Positions 31,313 through 41,719 of a stretch of DNA of 64,000 nucleotides are shown here, in pieces. The position numbers were made by a program, and so were the translations under genes. The stretch comes from a virus: the IMG/VR virus record IMGVR_UViG_3300037264_002228, positions 34,444-98,443 of that record; one strand, given 5' to 3'. Positions within the stretch are counted from its first letter, which is position 1. Each line of letters begins with the position of its first letter. The notes under the pieces are model-generated. The model worked only from the letters and a program-made list of their open reading frames with translations. It was not told where the DNA came from and did not search any database.

Positions 31313-32824
31313 ATGAGTAAGGTTCTAACAGAAGAAGCACGCAGCGAGTCATTGCTCGTCGCTTCTCGTAAGAACGAACTAGTAAAGAAGTGGTCTCCAG
31401 TACTCAAAAAGTGCAAGGAAGTCACTCCAGCTAAGTTCGGTTTACTGTCCCAAATGTTTGAAAACCAGTATAATCACTGGGATCCAAAGAAAAGGTCAGT
31501 AATTCTAGAAGACGCTACGACAACTGGCGACATTGCGGATTTCACCCGCTTTGCTCTCCCTTTGATTCGTAAGTCTTATTCGCGTTTGATCGCTGACAAT
31601 CTCGTCGGCGTTCAGCCAATGAGTCAGCCAGCCAGCCTGATTTTCTACATCAGGTATCGTTACGCTCTGTCAAAGGGCCAGACGCAAGCTGGAACTCAGA
31701 TCATGCGCCAGAACACCGCTCAGGCGTTTGCTCGCCAGAACGGTTGGGCACTTGATCCTTATTACAGCTCACAGGTCGTCAAGGGTGAAGACCTGACTGT
31801 CACATCCGCATTGGTGGCATCAGGCACCTTGAAGCACCGTCCAGTATTAGCGGGCACAGTCGTTGTTAACGTCTTTGCTTCTGATGCAGACAGCTGCGAA
31901 GATCCAACACCAGAGTGTCAGGTAACCTTCGATGCTGACGGTAATCCAGACCTAGTGTTAGCATCGTCTCCAACAAACTGCACCATCGATGATACGACTC
32001 CTGGTGCAACAGTGTTTAACCATTCCACAGGCGTGGTTCAGGTTACACTATCCGCTGGTTCTTTGACTGGTAAGCTGGTACGTGCTGATTACGAGTACGA
32101 TCTCGAAAACAACCCATTCCAGCCAGAAGTCACAATGTCTATCGATTCCGATAGCGTTGCAGCTGCTACACGCAAGCTGAAGACATCCTGGAGCTTAGAG
32201 GCCGCTCAGGATCTCAAGTCAGTGCACAACATTGACGCTGAGAGCACGTTGACCGACCTCATGGCTGACGAAATGGTTGCCGAAATTGACCGCGAAATCA
32301 TCAACGATTTGATCGTCGCAGCGTCAATCCGCGCAACACATAACTTCGGCACAGGCGCTGGCGCATCTGTCAACTTTACAGATCGCAACATCGCACTCTT
32401 GTACAAGGTACTAGAAGTTGCGAACATCATCCATCGTACCACGCTCCGTGGCCCAGCAAACTGGATGGTAACGAGCGCTGACATCTCTTCTAAGTTCGAA
32501 CAGCTGAACGATTTCCGTGGTTCGGACGCTCTTGCTACAGATGGTATCGACATTGGTATTACCTCTGCTGGTACAATTCAGGGCAAGTTGAAGCTCTATA
32601 AGGATCCTCTATTCCCGAATTGCAAGATCCTCATGGGCTTTAAGGGTTCTAGCGTCCTAGACGCCGGATACTTCTACGCTCCATACGTGCCATTACTCTC
32701 CACGCCAACCGTGTTGGATCCAAACTCCTTCACGCCAAACAAGGGGATCATGACTCGTTATGGTAAGAAGCTCATCGAAGACGGTGGCTTGTATTATGGC
32801 GTAGTAAACGTTTCCAATCTTTAA
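31313..32824 (+). CDS. major capsid protein (gp23-like)
   Basis: KW.P.L, GVQPMSQP..LIF, RKLK..WS.E.AQDL..H.IDAE, EIDREII, FYAPYVPL, GIMTRYG. Confidence 0.97.
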   Translation: MSKVLTEEARSESLLVASRKNELVKKWSPVLKKCKEVTPAKFGLLSQMFENQYNHWDPKKRSVILEDATTTGDIADFTRFALPLIRKSYSRLIADNLVGVQPMSQPASLIFYIRYRYALSKGQTQAGTQIMRQNTAQAFARQNGWALDPYYSSQVVKGEDLTVTSALVASGTLKHRPVLAGTVVVNVFASDADSCEDPTPECQVTFDADGNPDLVLASSPTNCTIDDTTPGATVFNHSTGVVQVTLSAGSLTGKLVRADYEYDLENNPFQPEVTMSIDSDSVAAATRKLKTSWSLEAAQDLKSVHNIDAESTLTDLMADEMVAEIDREIINDLIVAASIRATHNFGTGAGASVNFTDRNIALLYKVLEVANIIHRTTLRGPANWMVTSADISSKFEQLNDFRGSDALATDGIDIGITSAGTIQGKLKLYKDPLFPNCKILMGFKGSSVLDAGYFYAPYVPLLSTPTVLDPNSFTPNKGIMTRYGKKLIEDGGLYYGVVNVSNL

Positions 32825-32848
32825 TTAATAGTTAAAGATCAATATTTG

Positions 32849-32886
32849 AAGGCCGGGTGGTCAGAAATGGCCACCCGGCCTTTTTC
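32849..32886 (+). terminator. rho-independent terminator after capsid gene
   Basis: GGCCGGGTGGTCA-GAAA-TGGCCACCCGGCC hairpin followed by TTTTT. Confidence 0.9.
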
Positions 32887-32910
32887 ATATCCAAACAGTA
32901 TCTAAAATTA

Positions 32911-33447
32911 ATGGCATTAGTTATTGGTTTAACAGGCCGCAATGCGTCTGGTAAAGGTCAAATAGCAGAATACTTCAAAAATAAAGGTTTTAAATTCTAT
33001 TCTCTGTCAGACGTAATAAGAGACGAAGCCCGTAAACGTGGACTACAATGTACGCGTGATGTTATGGTTAGTATTGGCATAGAATTAAGATCTAAATATG
33101 GTACTGGTTATTTAGCGGACCGAACCATTAAAAATATTGAAATTAATTCTGATTATGTAATTGATTCATTTAGACATCCTAATGAAGTGAATGTTTTTAG
33201 AAGAATTAGTAATTTTAATTTGTTAGTTATTAAGTCAGACCAATTGATAAGATTTGAGCGCATAAAATTACGTAATAGGATTGGTGACCCTAAAACATAT
33301 CATGAATTTTTGGTATTAGATAATTATGAATCATCAAATCAGTCTAATGTTGGTCAGCAGCTAGATGAAGTAGAAAACATGGCAAATTGTACCATTGAAA
33401 ATAATGGTACTATTGAAGAACTATATTCCAAGCTTGGTAATTTATGA
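32911..33447 (+). CDS. P-loop nucleotide/dephospho-CoA kinase family protein
   Basis: IGLTGRNASGKG, SLSDVIR, IDSFRHPNE, RFERI..R.R.GD; ATG 32911 lies after the terminator. Confidence 0.8.
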   Translation: MALVIGLTGRNASGKGQIAEYFKNKGFKFYSLSDVIRDEARKRGLQCTRDVMVSIGIELRSKYGTGYLADRTIKNIEINSDYVIDSFRHPNEVNVFRRISNFNLLVIKSDQLIRFERIKLRNRIGDPKTYHEFLVLDNYESSNQSNVGQQLDEVENMANCTIENNGTIEELYSKLGNL

Positions 33448-33815
33448 TACTATCAATTATATTATGTCTTGCAATATTTTTATGGTCGATACTGTATTAC
33501 ATTACTAGACCGGAACCACCACCAACATGTGTTGAAGAAGAAATAATGCGCGTGGCTATTAATAAAATAAATTGGCGTAGACGTCCGTCGATTGATGAGA
33601 TATCGTTAATACCACATGGCGGCTTAGTTATGTCAATAGGTACAACTGATATGAGAAAACTTTATTTTGAATTCACTGAAGGTAAAGTGTGTATACGTTC
33701 ATTCAGAAGTGGTCGTAAAGATTTTGTTGACATAATCGATTTGGCAAGACCAGATAGCATTGAATTGTTATCTAATAAAATTGAGCATCATTATATTAAA
33801 TTATTGTATAGTTAA
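33444..33815 (+). CDS. small paralog-family protein with N-terminal TM segment
   Basis: C-terminal IDLARPDSIELL motif. Confidence 0.55.
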   Translation: MILSIILCLAIFLWSILYYITRPEPPPTCVEEEIMRVAINKINWRRRPSIDEISLIPHGGLVMSIGTTDMRKLYFEFTEGKVCIRSFRSGRKDFVDIIDLARPDSIELLSNKIEHHYIKLLYS

Positions 33816-34136
33816 ATGGATAACAATATAGCTGATGAACTTAAGCCATTGATTGTTGGATGGATTAGTGAACATCCAAAATATGGTCCATTAGATGAAG
33901 CATTAAAACATCGTGGATTAGTTCACCCAATAATGGTAATTGATAATAAAGGAGTCGTAATAGCATATGATGGCATTTGTCGCCCAGGGCCTATGCCTCC
34001 GTGTGATTCACAAGCTCTCCGTATATCAAGTGGCAATGTGCAATGTAACTATGTTGATCCTGCTTTTTTCGATAGAATATCTGATGTAATAGAGACACAT
34101 ATTGCTGAATGTACCATATGTCAGGAATTAATATGA
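33816..34136 (+). CDS. small paralog-family protein
   Basis: LIVGWI ... YVDPAFFDRI. Confidence 0.55.
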   Translation: MDNNIADELKPLIVGWISEHPKYGPLDEALKHRGLVHPIMVIDNKGVVIAYDGICRPGPMPPCDSQALRISSGNVQCNYVDPAFFDRISDVIETHIAECTICQELI

Positions 34137-34393
34137 AGCTAATTGATTTAATGATTGAGTGGTCAATTGGTGTGCCGATTGATTGCTATGAGACAGGTTA
34201 TATGTCGTGTAAGACATGTAGAGTTAATATTGGTGTAGTTCATGACACATATATTTATGTATATGGTATCAATAATGGTAAGATTATGTCATATGAACCA
34301 AATTTTTTTGAACAAATTATGAAAAGATCTGAGCACCCATGCGCTGAATTTAAGGCTATGACTGCTGGTCCAACATTTACAATCGCAGGTTAA
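34133..34393 (+). CDS. small paralog-family protein
   Basis: MKLIDLMIEW ... SYEPNFFEQI. Confidence 0.55.
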   Translation: MKLIDLMIEWSIGVPIDCYETGYMSCKTCRVNIGVVHDTYIYVYGINNGKIMSYEPNFFEQIMKRSEHPCAEFKAMTAGPTFTIAG

Positions 34394-34394
34394 T

Positions 34395-34802
34395 ATGCCA
34401 GTCGTAATACAAGTTTATTTTGGACATGAAACAGATAGAAAACATAGGATTAGTGGGCCTGCTGATAGTGACTTAATGTATGATCAAATTGCGAAGAAGC
34501 CAATATGTATACCCGATTGGCCAGATTTAGACTACGTTAGAGATGATGGTAGTTTCCCAATAACATTTATGGGTCTTCCGTTGTGGCGGCCCAAAGGCCT
34601 AGCAGTGTATCGTTGGGCCATTGATTATGTGTCTTGTAGTGATACACGATGGGTGGTTTTTGGCTCATATATGTCAGTAGTATCTGCAAAAGAAGCGATA
34701 AAACCACTATATGATTATATAAATGGATATCATATTATAAGTGAACATTGTTTTCTTGGTGAACATAAAGAACTTCCGCACGACATGTGGACAGACGGTT
34801 AA
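34395..34802 (+). CDS. hypothetical protein
   Basis: 135 aa ORF, tightly packed. Confidence 0.55.
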   Translation: MPVVIQVYFGHETDRKHRISGPADSDLMYDQIAKKPICIPDWPDLDYVRDDGSFPITFMGLPLWRPKGLAVYRWAIDYVSCSDTRWVVFGSYMSVVSAKEAIKPLYDYINGYHIISEHCFLGEHKELPHDMWTDG

Positions 34803-35213
34803 ATGATATCAAAGAACTTAACATTATCTATATTGATTACAGACTGGTTTAATAGACTCAAAAAGAAACACAAATGGTCTATTGGACGTAGTACCATAAT
34901 TAGTGGAAAGACGAATGAGCCAGTAGTAATACATTTATTGTATGAGCCATATAATGAGAAAATTGATGTTATTGATATAGACACCATAGAAAATAAAGCC
35001 TTTGGTCCAATATCTGGATATGACATACATAACAAATGGATTGATCAAGAAATTATAAGTATTACTGATCCACAATTTTTTAAAAAATTAAGATCGATGA
35101 TGCGAAGTGTGGAAAAAGAATTTAGAATATGTAAAGATGTTATTAGAAGACGCGACGGCCATCAGACTTATTACTCGATACATAGAGGAGAATGGAGAGA
35201 CGAATGCTTATAG
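34803..35213 (+). CDS. small paralog-family protein
   Basis: ILITDWF ... ISITDPQFFKKL. Confidence 0.55.
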   Translation: MISKNLTLSILITDWFNRLKKKHKWSIGRSTIISGKTNEPVVIHLLYEPYNEKIDVIDIDTIENKAFGPISGYDIHNKWIDQEIISITDPQFFKKLRSMMRSVEKEFRICKDVIRRRDGHQTYYSIHRGEWRDECL

Positions 35214-35509
35214 GTAAATCTGGATTGCATGAGATGCATTTGTATAAGTGTGTAGATGACGTACCTATGCCAGCTACAGAAGAAGATGTAGCCAATCCTG
35301 CTTATAAACCAATGGTTGTTATGATTATGAGCTATATGCGCTCTATGTCGCCGTTGTTGTATGAAGACAATAAATTATATCATATATATAACGACGCAAT
35401 TACGAAAGAGCTAATTAAAGAGCAGGTTATAGCATTATCAGGTTATCATAATAAATTGATTATTGATGCCGAGGCGGCACTAGAAAGTTGTTTCAAGAAA
35501 AATGGATAA
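35192..35509 (+). CDS. hypothetical protein
   Basis: About 100 aa ORF overlapping the upstream stop. Confidence 0.5.
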   Translation: MERRMLIGKSGLHEMHLYKCVDDVPMPATEEDVANPAYKPMVVMIMSYMRSMSPLLYEDNKLYHIYNDAITKELIKEQVIALSGYHNKLIIDAEAALESCFKKNG

Positions 35510-35645
35510 ATCAATTGGACAATCAGACGGGCATTATCATAAATGTAAAGAATGTGGCATAGAATATAAACATTATACAAAAGACGTTAAATGCAAAGAA
35601 CCACAAGATACTTATTGTGGTAAATGTAAAGAATTTGTAACTTAA
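35502..35645 (+). CDS. 47 aa zinc-finger-like peptide (not in ORF track)
   Basis: Translated by hand: MDKSIGQSDGHYHKCKECGIEYKHYTKDVKCKEPQDTYCGKCKEFVT; fills the gap between two ORFs. Confidence 0.5.
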   Translation: MDKSIGQSDGHYHKCKECGIEYKHYTKDVKCKEPQDTYCGKCKEFVT

Positions 35646-35664
35646 GTATTGAAAGTGAGGATTT

Positions 35665-35967
35665 ATGATGCTGATTATAGGATGTGACAATTGTAATATG
35701 AGCGACAATGGGTTACATATGAAATTAGAATTTAGGCATGTTAATAAATTTTGCAAAACATGCAATCATGATGAAACTACAATTTGGAATTATTATTTCT
35801 GTAATAGTGCGTGCATGTTCAATTGGCTAAGCCATCATGATGTTGAACAAAAAGGAGTTCCATGTAGAGATTGTAGAAATATTCAATCTGAACCGACTGG
35901 ATTTCTTTTCGGATTTAAAGAAAATGGAGTTTGTACATCTTGTAATGGTGTTAAGAGTGTAAAATGA
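35665..35967 (+). CDS. Cys-rich zinc-binding protein
   Basis: Four CxxC pairs plus FCNSAC; GAGG RBS. Confidence 0.6.
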   Translation: MMLIIGCDNCNMSDNGLHMKLEFRHVNKFCKTCNHDETTIWNYYFCNSACMFNWLSHHDVEQKGVPCRDCRNIQSEPTGFLFGFKENGVCTSCNGVKSVK

Positions 35968-36608
35968 TTAATTGGACATATAATCCAACAAAGGATGAGT
36001 TAGAATATTGCCTAAAAGTGTCTAAGTTTCGAGAGAACATGCAATCAGCAAGACCAGAAAATAAAAACAAAAAACGATCTAAAGAGGGCATAGTTGATTC
36101 AATTTGTAATGGCGTAGTTGGTGCTCTAGGTGAATTAGCAGTCTCGAGAATCACTGGGATCAGGTGGGACGGAGCAATGTTGAATGATAAGCAATTTGAT
36201 GTTTGGAATATGAAATGTGCAGACATTGGACCATTTGAAGTTAAGACAATAAGTTATAAAAGCGGAAACTTTGTGCTTAATGATAACGATAAGGATTGGG
36301 CTATTGGGCTATTGGCATACGCACCAAATGCTAGAAATGAAGTTGGATTGCAACTATATAAAGGTAAGCTAGTAAAAATCAAACCATCTGTAATAATATT
36401 GGGTTATTTGCCAGTTGATAAAGCCAAAGCAATGGTTGAGCCACAAGTTAATATGTTTAATAGTGGTAAGTTTAAAATTAAGTATATTGTAACACAAGAC
36501 AAATTAAAACCAGTTTCACGACTAAACAGAATTGTTTTGGGATTAAGAAGTAGAGATAAAACCAAACCAGTGGATATTAAAGGCTGGCCGCCATTTTACG
36601 TTGAATAG
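35964..36608 (+). CDS. putative PD-(D/E)XK nuclease-like protein
   Basis: GALGELAV ... ADIG.FEVKT pattern. Confidence 0.45.
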   Translation: MINWTYNPTKDELEYCLKVSKFRENMQSARPENKNKKRSKEGIVDSICNGVVGALGELAVSRITGIRWDGAMLNDKQFDVWNMKCADIGPFEVKTISYKSGNFVLNDNDKDWAIGLLAYAPNARNEVGLQLYKGKLVKIKPSVIILGYLPVDKAKAMVEPQVNMFNSGKFKIKYIVTQDKLKPVSRLNRIVLGLRSRDKTKPVDIKGWPPFYVE

Positions 36609-36808
36609 TCACTCTTGCTCCACGCGATCCATCCTTCATTATCGATGATGTCGCTGACATGTTTAACAGCTGTGTGCTTGGTCGATTTTTTATACCAAAA
36701 TTTATTACTAGAATTATACACAAACTTATTTCTCTTTAGCCACTTCACAACAGTTCGAAAGTTTGATTTGTAATCTCTGCAAGTCGTGGCTACAACGAAT
36801 TTTGGCAT
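36596..36808 (-). CDS. hypothetical protein
   Basis: 70 aa with AGGAG RBS on the minus strand. Confidence 0.55.
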   Translation of the reverse strand: MPKFVVATTCRDYKSNFRTVVKWLKRNKFVYNSSNKFWYKKSTKHTAVKHVSDIIDNEGWIAWSKSDYST

Positions 36809-36858
36809 GGTTTTCTCCTATAATTGTTATTATGAAATACGTATCTTATAATTAACCT

Positions 36859-37191
36859 ATGAAACCTTGGAGACATATGCGCAAAAACAAATATCAGAAG
36901 ACAGTACACAAATGGGTAAGTCAGTATAAAGATGGTTATTGGGACCCATTTAAAATTTTAGCTCGTTTATTTGAAGAGGGTGGCGAACTTTCTAGAGAAA
37001 TTAATCATAAATATGGGCCCAAAAAGAAGAAACCAGGTGAAAAGGCTGGAAGTATAGAAGAAGAAATAGGCGACATACTATTCACTATTATTTGTATGGC
37101 TAACTCACAAAACATTGATATTGATAAGGCATTTGAATATGCAATGCATAAGGCATATAATAGAGATGCCAATAGGTTTGAAAAATTATGA
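36859..37191 (+). CDS. MazG-like nucleotide pyrophosphohydrolase (YpjD type)
   Basis: LARLFEEGGELSREINH.YGPKKKK..EEEIGDILF..C.AN. Confidence 0.88.
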   Translation: MKPWRHMRKNKYQKTVHKWVSQYKDGYWDPFKILARLFEEGGELSREINHKYGPKKKKPGEKAGSIEEEIGDILFTIICMANSQNIDIDKAFEYAMHKAYNRDANRFEKL

Positions 37192-37535
37192 ATTCTATTG
37201 ATGTTGTTAAGCAAGCATTATCAACAATGAAATTTCAATACAGTGTTCAAGTTGAACCTATTGATCATAATAATGATTATTATATACAAGTACATGGTAT
37301 TAAGCATACGCATAAACTGTGGGGGACACCAACAAAGAAAGAAAGAATTGCAAGAATCGAATTAGATAGTGTGCTTGTGTTTGCGTATGATTACGACATA
37401 AGCTCAATTCCTGGACCGGTTGATGCAGTAGATGGTGCCGAATCGACATTATACTTAGCCGATCCTGATTTTTTTGTTAAGCTAGAAACAGCAATAAATG
37501 GGCATATTGAATGGCTTATTAAACATAAAATTTAA
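37188..37535 (+). CDS. small paralog-family protein
   Basis: LYLADPDFFVKLETAI. Confidence 0.55.
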   Translation: MNSIDVVKQALSTMKFQYSVQVEPIDHNNDYYIQVHGIKHTHKLWGTPTKKERIARIELDSVLVFAYDYDISSIPGPVDAVDGAESTLYLADPDFFVKLETAINGHIEWLIKHKI

Positions 37536-37549
37536 CAGTAACTAAAATA

Positions 37550-37981
37550 ATGAAAAAGATTATTGTGCCAGTATTGGTAGTCATTTTCGTTATTTTGCTT
37601 GGTTTTGCGTCATATAATCCTCCAGCGCCAGTTTATCGTTCTAGTGACATTGCTGTTGCACTAAATAGCATATATGTTTATCGTGGGATTAAAAGAGTTA
37701 ACATTATACTTACAATATCTGGATATATATCAAAATCTGGACACATAAATTTAAAAAGAGTATATGTTAAATATCAAAAGAATAGTATAAAATGTAGACT
37801 TAATGTTCCACCGATGTCTATACCATATGAGTGGACATATTCTCCAAAAGAATACCAAATTGTTTTAAATGGTGATGTATGGGATTGGAGTAAGCAAGGT
37901 AATACACCATCATATGTAATAATAGAATTAGAACACCAAGGTATAAATATCAAGATTATTAACCAGACTGGATTATGGTAA
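37550..37981 (+). CDS. hypothetical exported or membrane-anchored protein
   Basis: MKK plus hydrophobic N-terminus. Confidence 0.55.
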   Translation: MKKIIVPVLVVIFVILLGFASYNPPAPVYRSSDIAVALNSIYVYRGIKRVNIILTISGYISKSGHINLKRVYVKYQKNSIKCRLNVPPMSIPYEWTYSPKEYQIVLNGDVWDWSKQGNTPSYVIIELEHQGINIKIINQTGLW

Positions 37982-38496
37982 AAAAGAAATCTGCTGCTGC
38001 TGCTGCTGCCAGAAAAAGTGCAATTAAGAAATTATATAAACAACCTCGTCCAAGTTGGCATAAAAAACTATTGCCATACTTTGACGAAGGATGGTATCCA
38101 TATCCGTCATGTCAAGATGGGTGGAAGAAGATAATTTTTGATGCTGTTGTCAAGATAGATAAACTTAATGTGCCTTGGTCTATTGGACAAATTAAAGAAA
38201 AATTTGGCACTCTCAGGTTTTATGCTGACATAGATATGATGTCTGAATTATGGCGTCAAAAAGTTTCAAAGCCAGGATATAAACTAACAAAATACGATAA
38301 GAAGATGTTCAATTTTTATCAGATGTCTTCTGAAGAACGAATTAAAATCGGTGGCCAATTTCATGATATATTAAGAGAGGCCGAGCATAAATCAGAAGTA
38401 ACATGTGAAGATTGTGGTAAGAGCGGCAAAATGCGAAATATGTCATGGGTTCGTACATTATGTGATAAATGTTATAAGAGGCATATGTATGGTTAA
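37975..38496 (+). CDS. phage hypothetical protein with C-terminal zinc ribbon
   Basis: GW..II, QIKEKFGTLRFY, CEDCG...W.RTLCDKC. Confidence 0.65.
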   Translation: MVKKKSAAAAAARKSAIKKLYKQPRPSWHKKLLPYFDEGWYPYPSCQDGWKKIIFDAVVKIDKLNVPWSIGQIKEKFGTLRFYADIDMMSELWRQKVSKPGYKLTKYDKKMFNFYQMSSEERIKIGGQFHDILREAEHKSEVTCEDCGKSGKMRNMSWVRTLCDKCYKRHMYG

Positions 38497-38653
38497 AAAA
38501 TGTTCAGTTTGTGGTAATGACATTAGTGAAGCAAGACTAGAGGCATTGCCAGATACTACAATGTGTGTTGTTTGTGCATCTAAAAAAGATCAACCAATGC
38601 GTACGGCGACATTAAAACCAGATCCAGATGCACCTCATCCTAGGGGATGGTAA
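38489..38653 (+). CDS. TraR/DksA C4-type zinc finger protein
   Basis: CSVCGNDISEARLEALPDTTMCVVCA; ATG 38489. Confidence 0.8.
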   Translation: MVKKCSVCGNDISEARLEALPDTTMCVVCASKKDQPMRTATLKPDPDAPHPRGW

Positions 38654-38680
38654 TGACGTATGTAAATCTGAGGAGATAAA

Positions 38681-40450
38681 ATGTCTACTGAACAAGAAGC
38701 ATTAGCAGTCGCAGAAGCGGCAAGAGAAAAGAATTGGAAACAATCATTTTTAAAAGAATTGTTTCTCGGCTCGTTCAAATTTGACATGATAAGTCCGTTT
38801 CCGTCTAAGCCAGAAACTGCTGAATTCACTAGATTTTTTAATGGTTTTAAAAAGTTTTTATATACAAAAGTTAATCCTGCAGAAATTGATAAGACAGGAG
38901 AATATCCAACTGATGTTATTGACGGATTGCGTAAACTTGGCGCATTTGGTATGAAAATCCCTAAAGAATACGGTGGATTAGGATTTAACCAAGTTGAATA
39001 TGATACTATAATGAAGTTATTGGGCAGTTATGATGCTAATCTTACTGCTTTATTATCTGCACATCAGTCGATTGGAGCGCCTCAGCCTCTTAAGATGTTT
39101 GGTACAGAAGAACAGAAACAGAAATATTTGCCACGTTTAGCTGCTGGTTCAATATCTGCTTTTGCTTTAACCGAACCAGAAGTTGGTTCTGACCCATCAA
39201 GCATGAAATCATTAGTTGAGCGCACAAACGATGGATACACATTAAATGGCAAAAAATTGTGGTGCACGAATGCAACACTAGCAGACATGATAATAGTAAT
39301 GGCTAAGCATAGCGATACTGGCAAGATTAGTGCATTTGTTGTTGAAATGAATTCTCCCGGCGTTGTTATCGAACATCGTTGTAGATTTATGGGCTTAAGA
39401 GCATTAAGTAATGCACAGCTTAGTTTCACTAATGTCTTCATACCACGAGAGAATTTAGTAGGCAATGAGGGTCAAGGGTTAAAAATCGCACTAGCAACTC
39501 TCAATACTGGGCGTTTAGCAATACCAGCCGGTGCCGCTGGTGCGGTTAAAAAATGCTTAGAATTTGTACGCCGTTGGGCCAATAATAGAGTTCAATGGGG
39601 TCAATCAATTGGTAAGCATGAAGCTGTGTCTCATATGATAACTGACATTGCTTCGCACGCTTTTGCAATGGATGCTGTTGCCGACCTTGGTAGCAATCTG
39701 GCATGTGACAAAAACAGAGACATTAGATTAGAAGCCGCTGCAGCGAAAGAATTCAATACCTTTTATGGGTGGAAAATTATAGATGACACAATGCAAATAC
39801 GTGGTGGGCGCGGATATGAAACCGAAACATCATTAGAAGAACGTGGTGAATTGCCGATGCCAGTAGAACGTATGATGCGAGATTTCAGAATCAATAAAAT
39901 ATTTGAAGGTTCCAGCGAAATAATGCATCTTATGATAGCACGAGAGGCTGTTGATAAGCATATGCAGGTAGCTGGCGACTTACTTAATAAAAAATCATCT
40001 GTTTGGAGTAAAATTAAATCGATTTTTAAAATGGCTGCTTTCTATACTATTTGGTATCCATCAAAATGGATCGGATGGAGTCATTGGCCAAAGTTTTCTA
40101 AATTTGGCAAATTAAGTAAGCATCTTAAATTTATAGACAAGAATTCTAGAAAATTAGCTAGATCAATTTTTTATGGTATGTTATTAAATGGTCCGAAGTT
40201 GCAGTATAAACAAGCTTTTCTGTTTAGAATTGTAGATATTGCGTTAGATCTGTATGCTATGAGTGCGTCACTATCTAGAGCAGAATCAATACACACGAAT
40301 GAGGCCAATGAATTAGCTGAAGCTTTTTGCAGAACAGCTGAGCAACGTATTAAATTGAGATTCAAAGCGTTGTGGTTCAATGACGATGAGAAGAAGCGTA
40401 AAGTTGCTTTAAAAGTATTAGAAGGTAAACACATATGGATGGAGAAGTAG
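38681..40450 (+). CDS. acyl-CoA dehydrogenase (long, VLCAD-like)
   Basis: AFALTEPEVGSD, NGKKLWCTN, LNTGR, RVQWG, QIRGGRGY, IFEGSSEI; GAGGAG RBS. Confidence 0.93.
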   Translation: MSTEQEALAVAEAAREKNWKQSFLKELFLGSFKFDMISPFPSKPETAEFTRFFNGFKKFLYTKVNPAEIDKTGEYPTDVIDGLRKLGAFGMKIPKEYGGLGFNQVEYDTIMKLLGSYDANLTALLSAHQSIGAPQPLKMFGTEEQKQKYLPRLAAGSISAFALTEPEVGSDPSSMKSLVERTNDGYTLNGKKLWCTNATLADMIIVMAKHSDTGKISAFVVEMNSPGVVIEHRCRFMGLRALSNAQLSFTNVFIPRENLVGNEGQGLKIALATLNTGRLAIPAGAAGAVKKCLEFVRRWANNRVQWGQSIGKHEAVSHMITDIASHAFAMDAVADLGSNLACDKNRDIRLEAAAAKEFNTFYGWKIIDDTMQIRGGRGYETETSLEERGELPMPVERMMRDFRINKIFEGSSEIMHLMIAREAVDKHMQVAGDLLNKKSSVWSKIKSIFKMAAFYTIWYPSKWIGWSHWPKFSKFGKLSKHLKFIDKNSRKLARSIFYGMLLNGPKLQYKQAFLFRIVDIALDLYAMSASLSRAESIHTNEANELAEAFCRTAEQRIKLRFKALWFNDDEKKRKVALKVLEGKHIWMEK

Positions 40451-40962
40451 GTCAACTATTGTGTGAATCGCGTAGTGGTCAAAGGCTATTCATGATTGAA
40501 GCTAGCATTTTTGATAAAGCCGAACAATGGTATACACACGGTGGTTTAGCTACTTTTTCATCAATAAAACCACTTAAATCGTTTTTTATTGATGGTGGTG
40601 GTGCTATCATGTTAAATGAGCCAACTGTTACAATTGCAGCAAATAATGTTAATATTTCAACATTTAAGAGACACGTTCCATACATATTGGAAATGTTGAT
40701 GAATTTGGAAGAATCTAAAGTACAAGATTGTGTAGTATTTAGTGGTGGTATCCATATTTATATCATATCTGTTGTAACAAAAGCATTACTGGTTGATGAA
40801 TTGCGGCGTATATATGACGTCAGCAAGCATGAAATTAGAGAATTAGAAGATAATATTTATAATGGTCTAGAGCAATCGGGTATTTTATATCTTGGTAAAT
40901 GTAGTTGTTTATCTGGTAAATTATATAAAGAATGTTGTGGTACTAGCCACTTGATGGAGTAA
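40435..40962 (+). CDS. hypothetical protein with C-terminal SEC-C motif
   Basis: CSCLSGKLYKECCG. Confidence 0.65.
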   Translation: MDGEVGQLLCESRSGQRLFMIEASIFDKAEQWYTHGGLATFSSIKPLKSFFIDGGGAIMLNEPTVTIAANNVNISTFKRHVPYILEMLMNLEESKVQDCVVFSGGIHIYIISVVTKALLVDELRRIYDVSKHEIRELEDNIYNGLEQSGILYLGKCSCLSGKLYKECCGTSHLME

Positions 40963-40964
40963 TT

Positions 40965-41462
40965 ATGGATTGGCACCAATACTTTATGAGTTTGGCTTAT
41001 TTTGTAGCTATGAAGAGTAAAGATAAAAGCACTAAAATTGGTGCTGTTATTGTTGGACCAAATCATGATATTATATCTACTGGATACAATGGTTTACCAC
41101 GCGGCGTTAATGATGATTTAGATGAGCGACAAGAACGCCCGTTAAAATATTCACTTTTTGAACATGGTGAACGTAATGCTTTGTATAATGCAACCAGAAA
41201 TGGTATACCAGATAACTGTATAATATACACTCAAGGTTTACCTTGTGTTGATTGTGCGCGTGGAATCATTCAAAGTAGAATAAAAACAGTAATTTATCAT
41301 GTGCCATTTGACGCTGACAATTCATTACGTCCACAATGGGTAGAATCATGTAAATTGTCAGAAATGTTATTTAAAGAAAGCAATGTAGAGGTTATTGGAT
41401 ATAATGGTCCACTTATTGCTAATATTGTTGGCCTTAGGGGCGGAAAGATATTGACGTTATGA
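40965..41462 (+). CDS. dCMP deaminase
   Basis: SKD.STKIGAVIV, TGYNG.PRG, HGE.NA, PCVDCA. Confidence 0.92.
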   Translation: MDWHQYFMSLAYFVAMKSKDKSTKIGAVIVGPNHDIISTGYNGLPRGVNDDLDERQERPLKYSLFEHGERNALYNATRNGIPDNCIIYTQGLPCVDCARGIIQSRIKTVIYHVPFDADNSLRPQWVESCKLSEMLFKESNVEVIGYNGPLIANIVGLRGGKILTL

Positions 41463-41719
41463 CTATCATGCAATTACGAGAAAAACTTGATATATTACTA
41501 GATGGTCAATGTGGGTATTTATTGAATCCTAGCAACGGCAACGGATGGTCTGCACAAGTAATGTATAACGATAAATATGTGGTAGTTGAGCGGACAATTG
41601 AGAATGGATATATTTTATATTTCGAAGGTCAAAAATGCTGTATTACAGATGAATCTGTTATAGCGAACAAAGTAGTTGAAATGCTAACGAATTATGGAAC
41701 TTCTAGATATCTTGATTAA
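41459..41719 (+). CDS. hypothetical protein
   Basis: 86 aa ORF with overlapping start and stop. Confidence 0.5.
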   Translation: MTIMQLREKLDILLDGQCGYLLNPSNGNGWSAQVMYNDKYVVVERTIENGYILYFEGQKCCITDESVIANKVVEMLTNYGTSRYLD

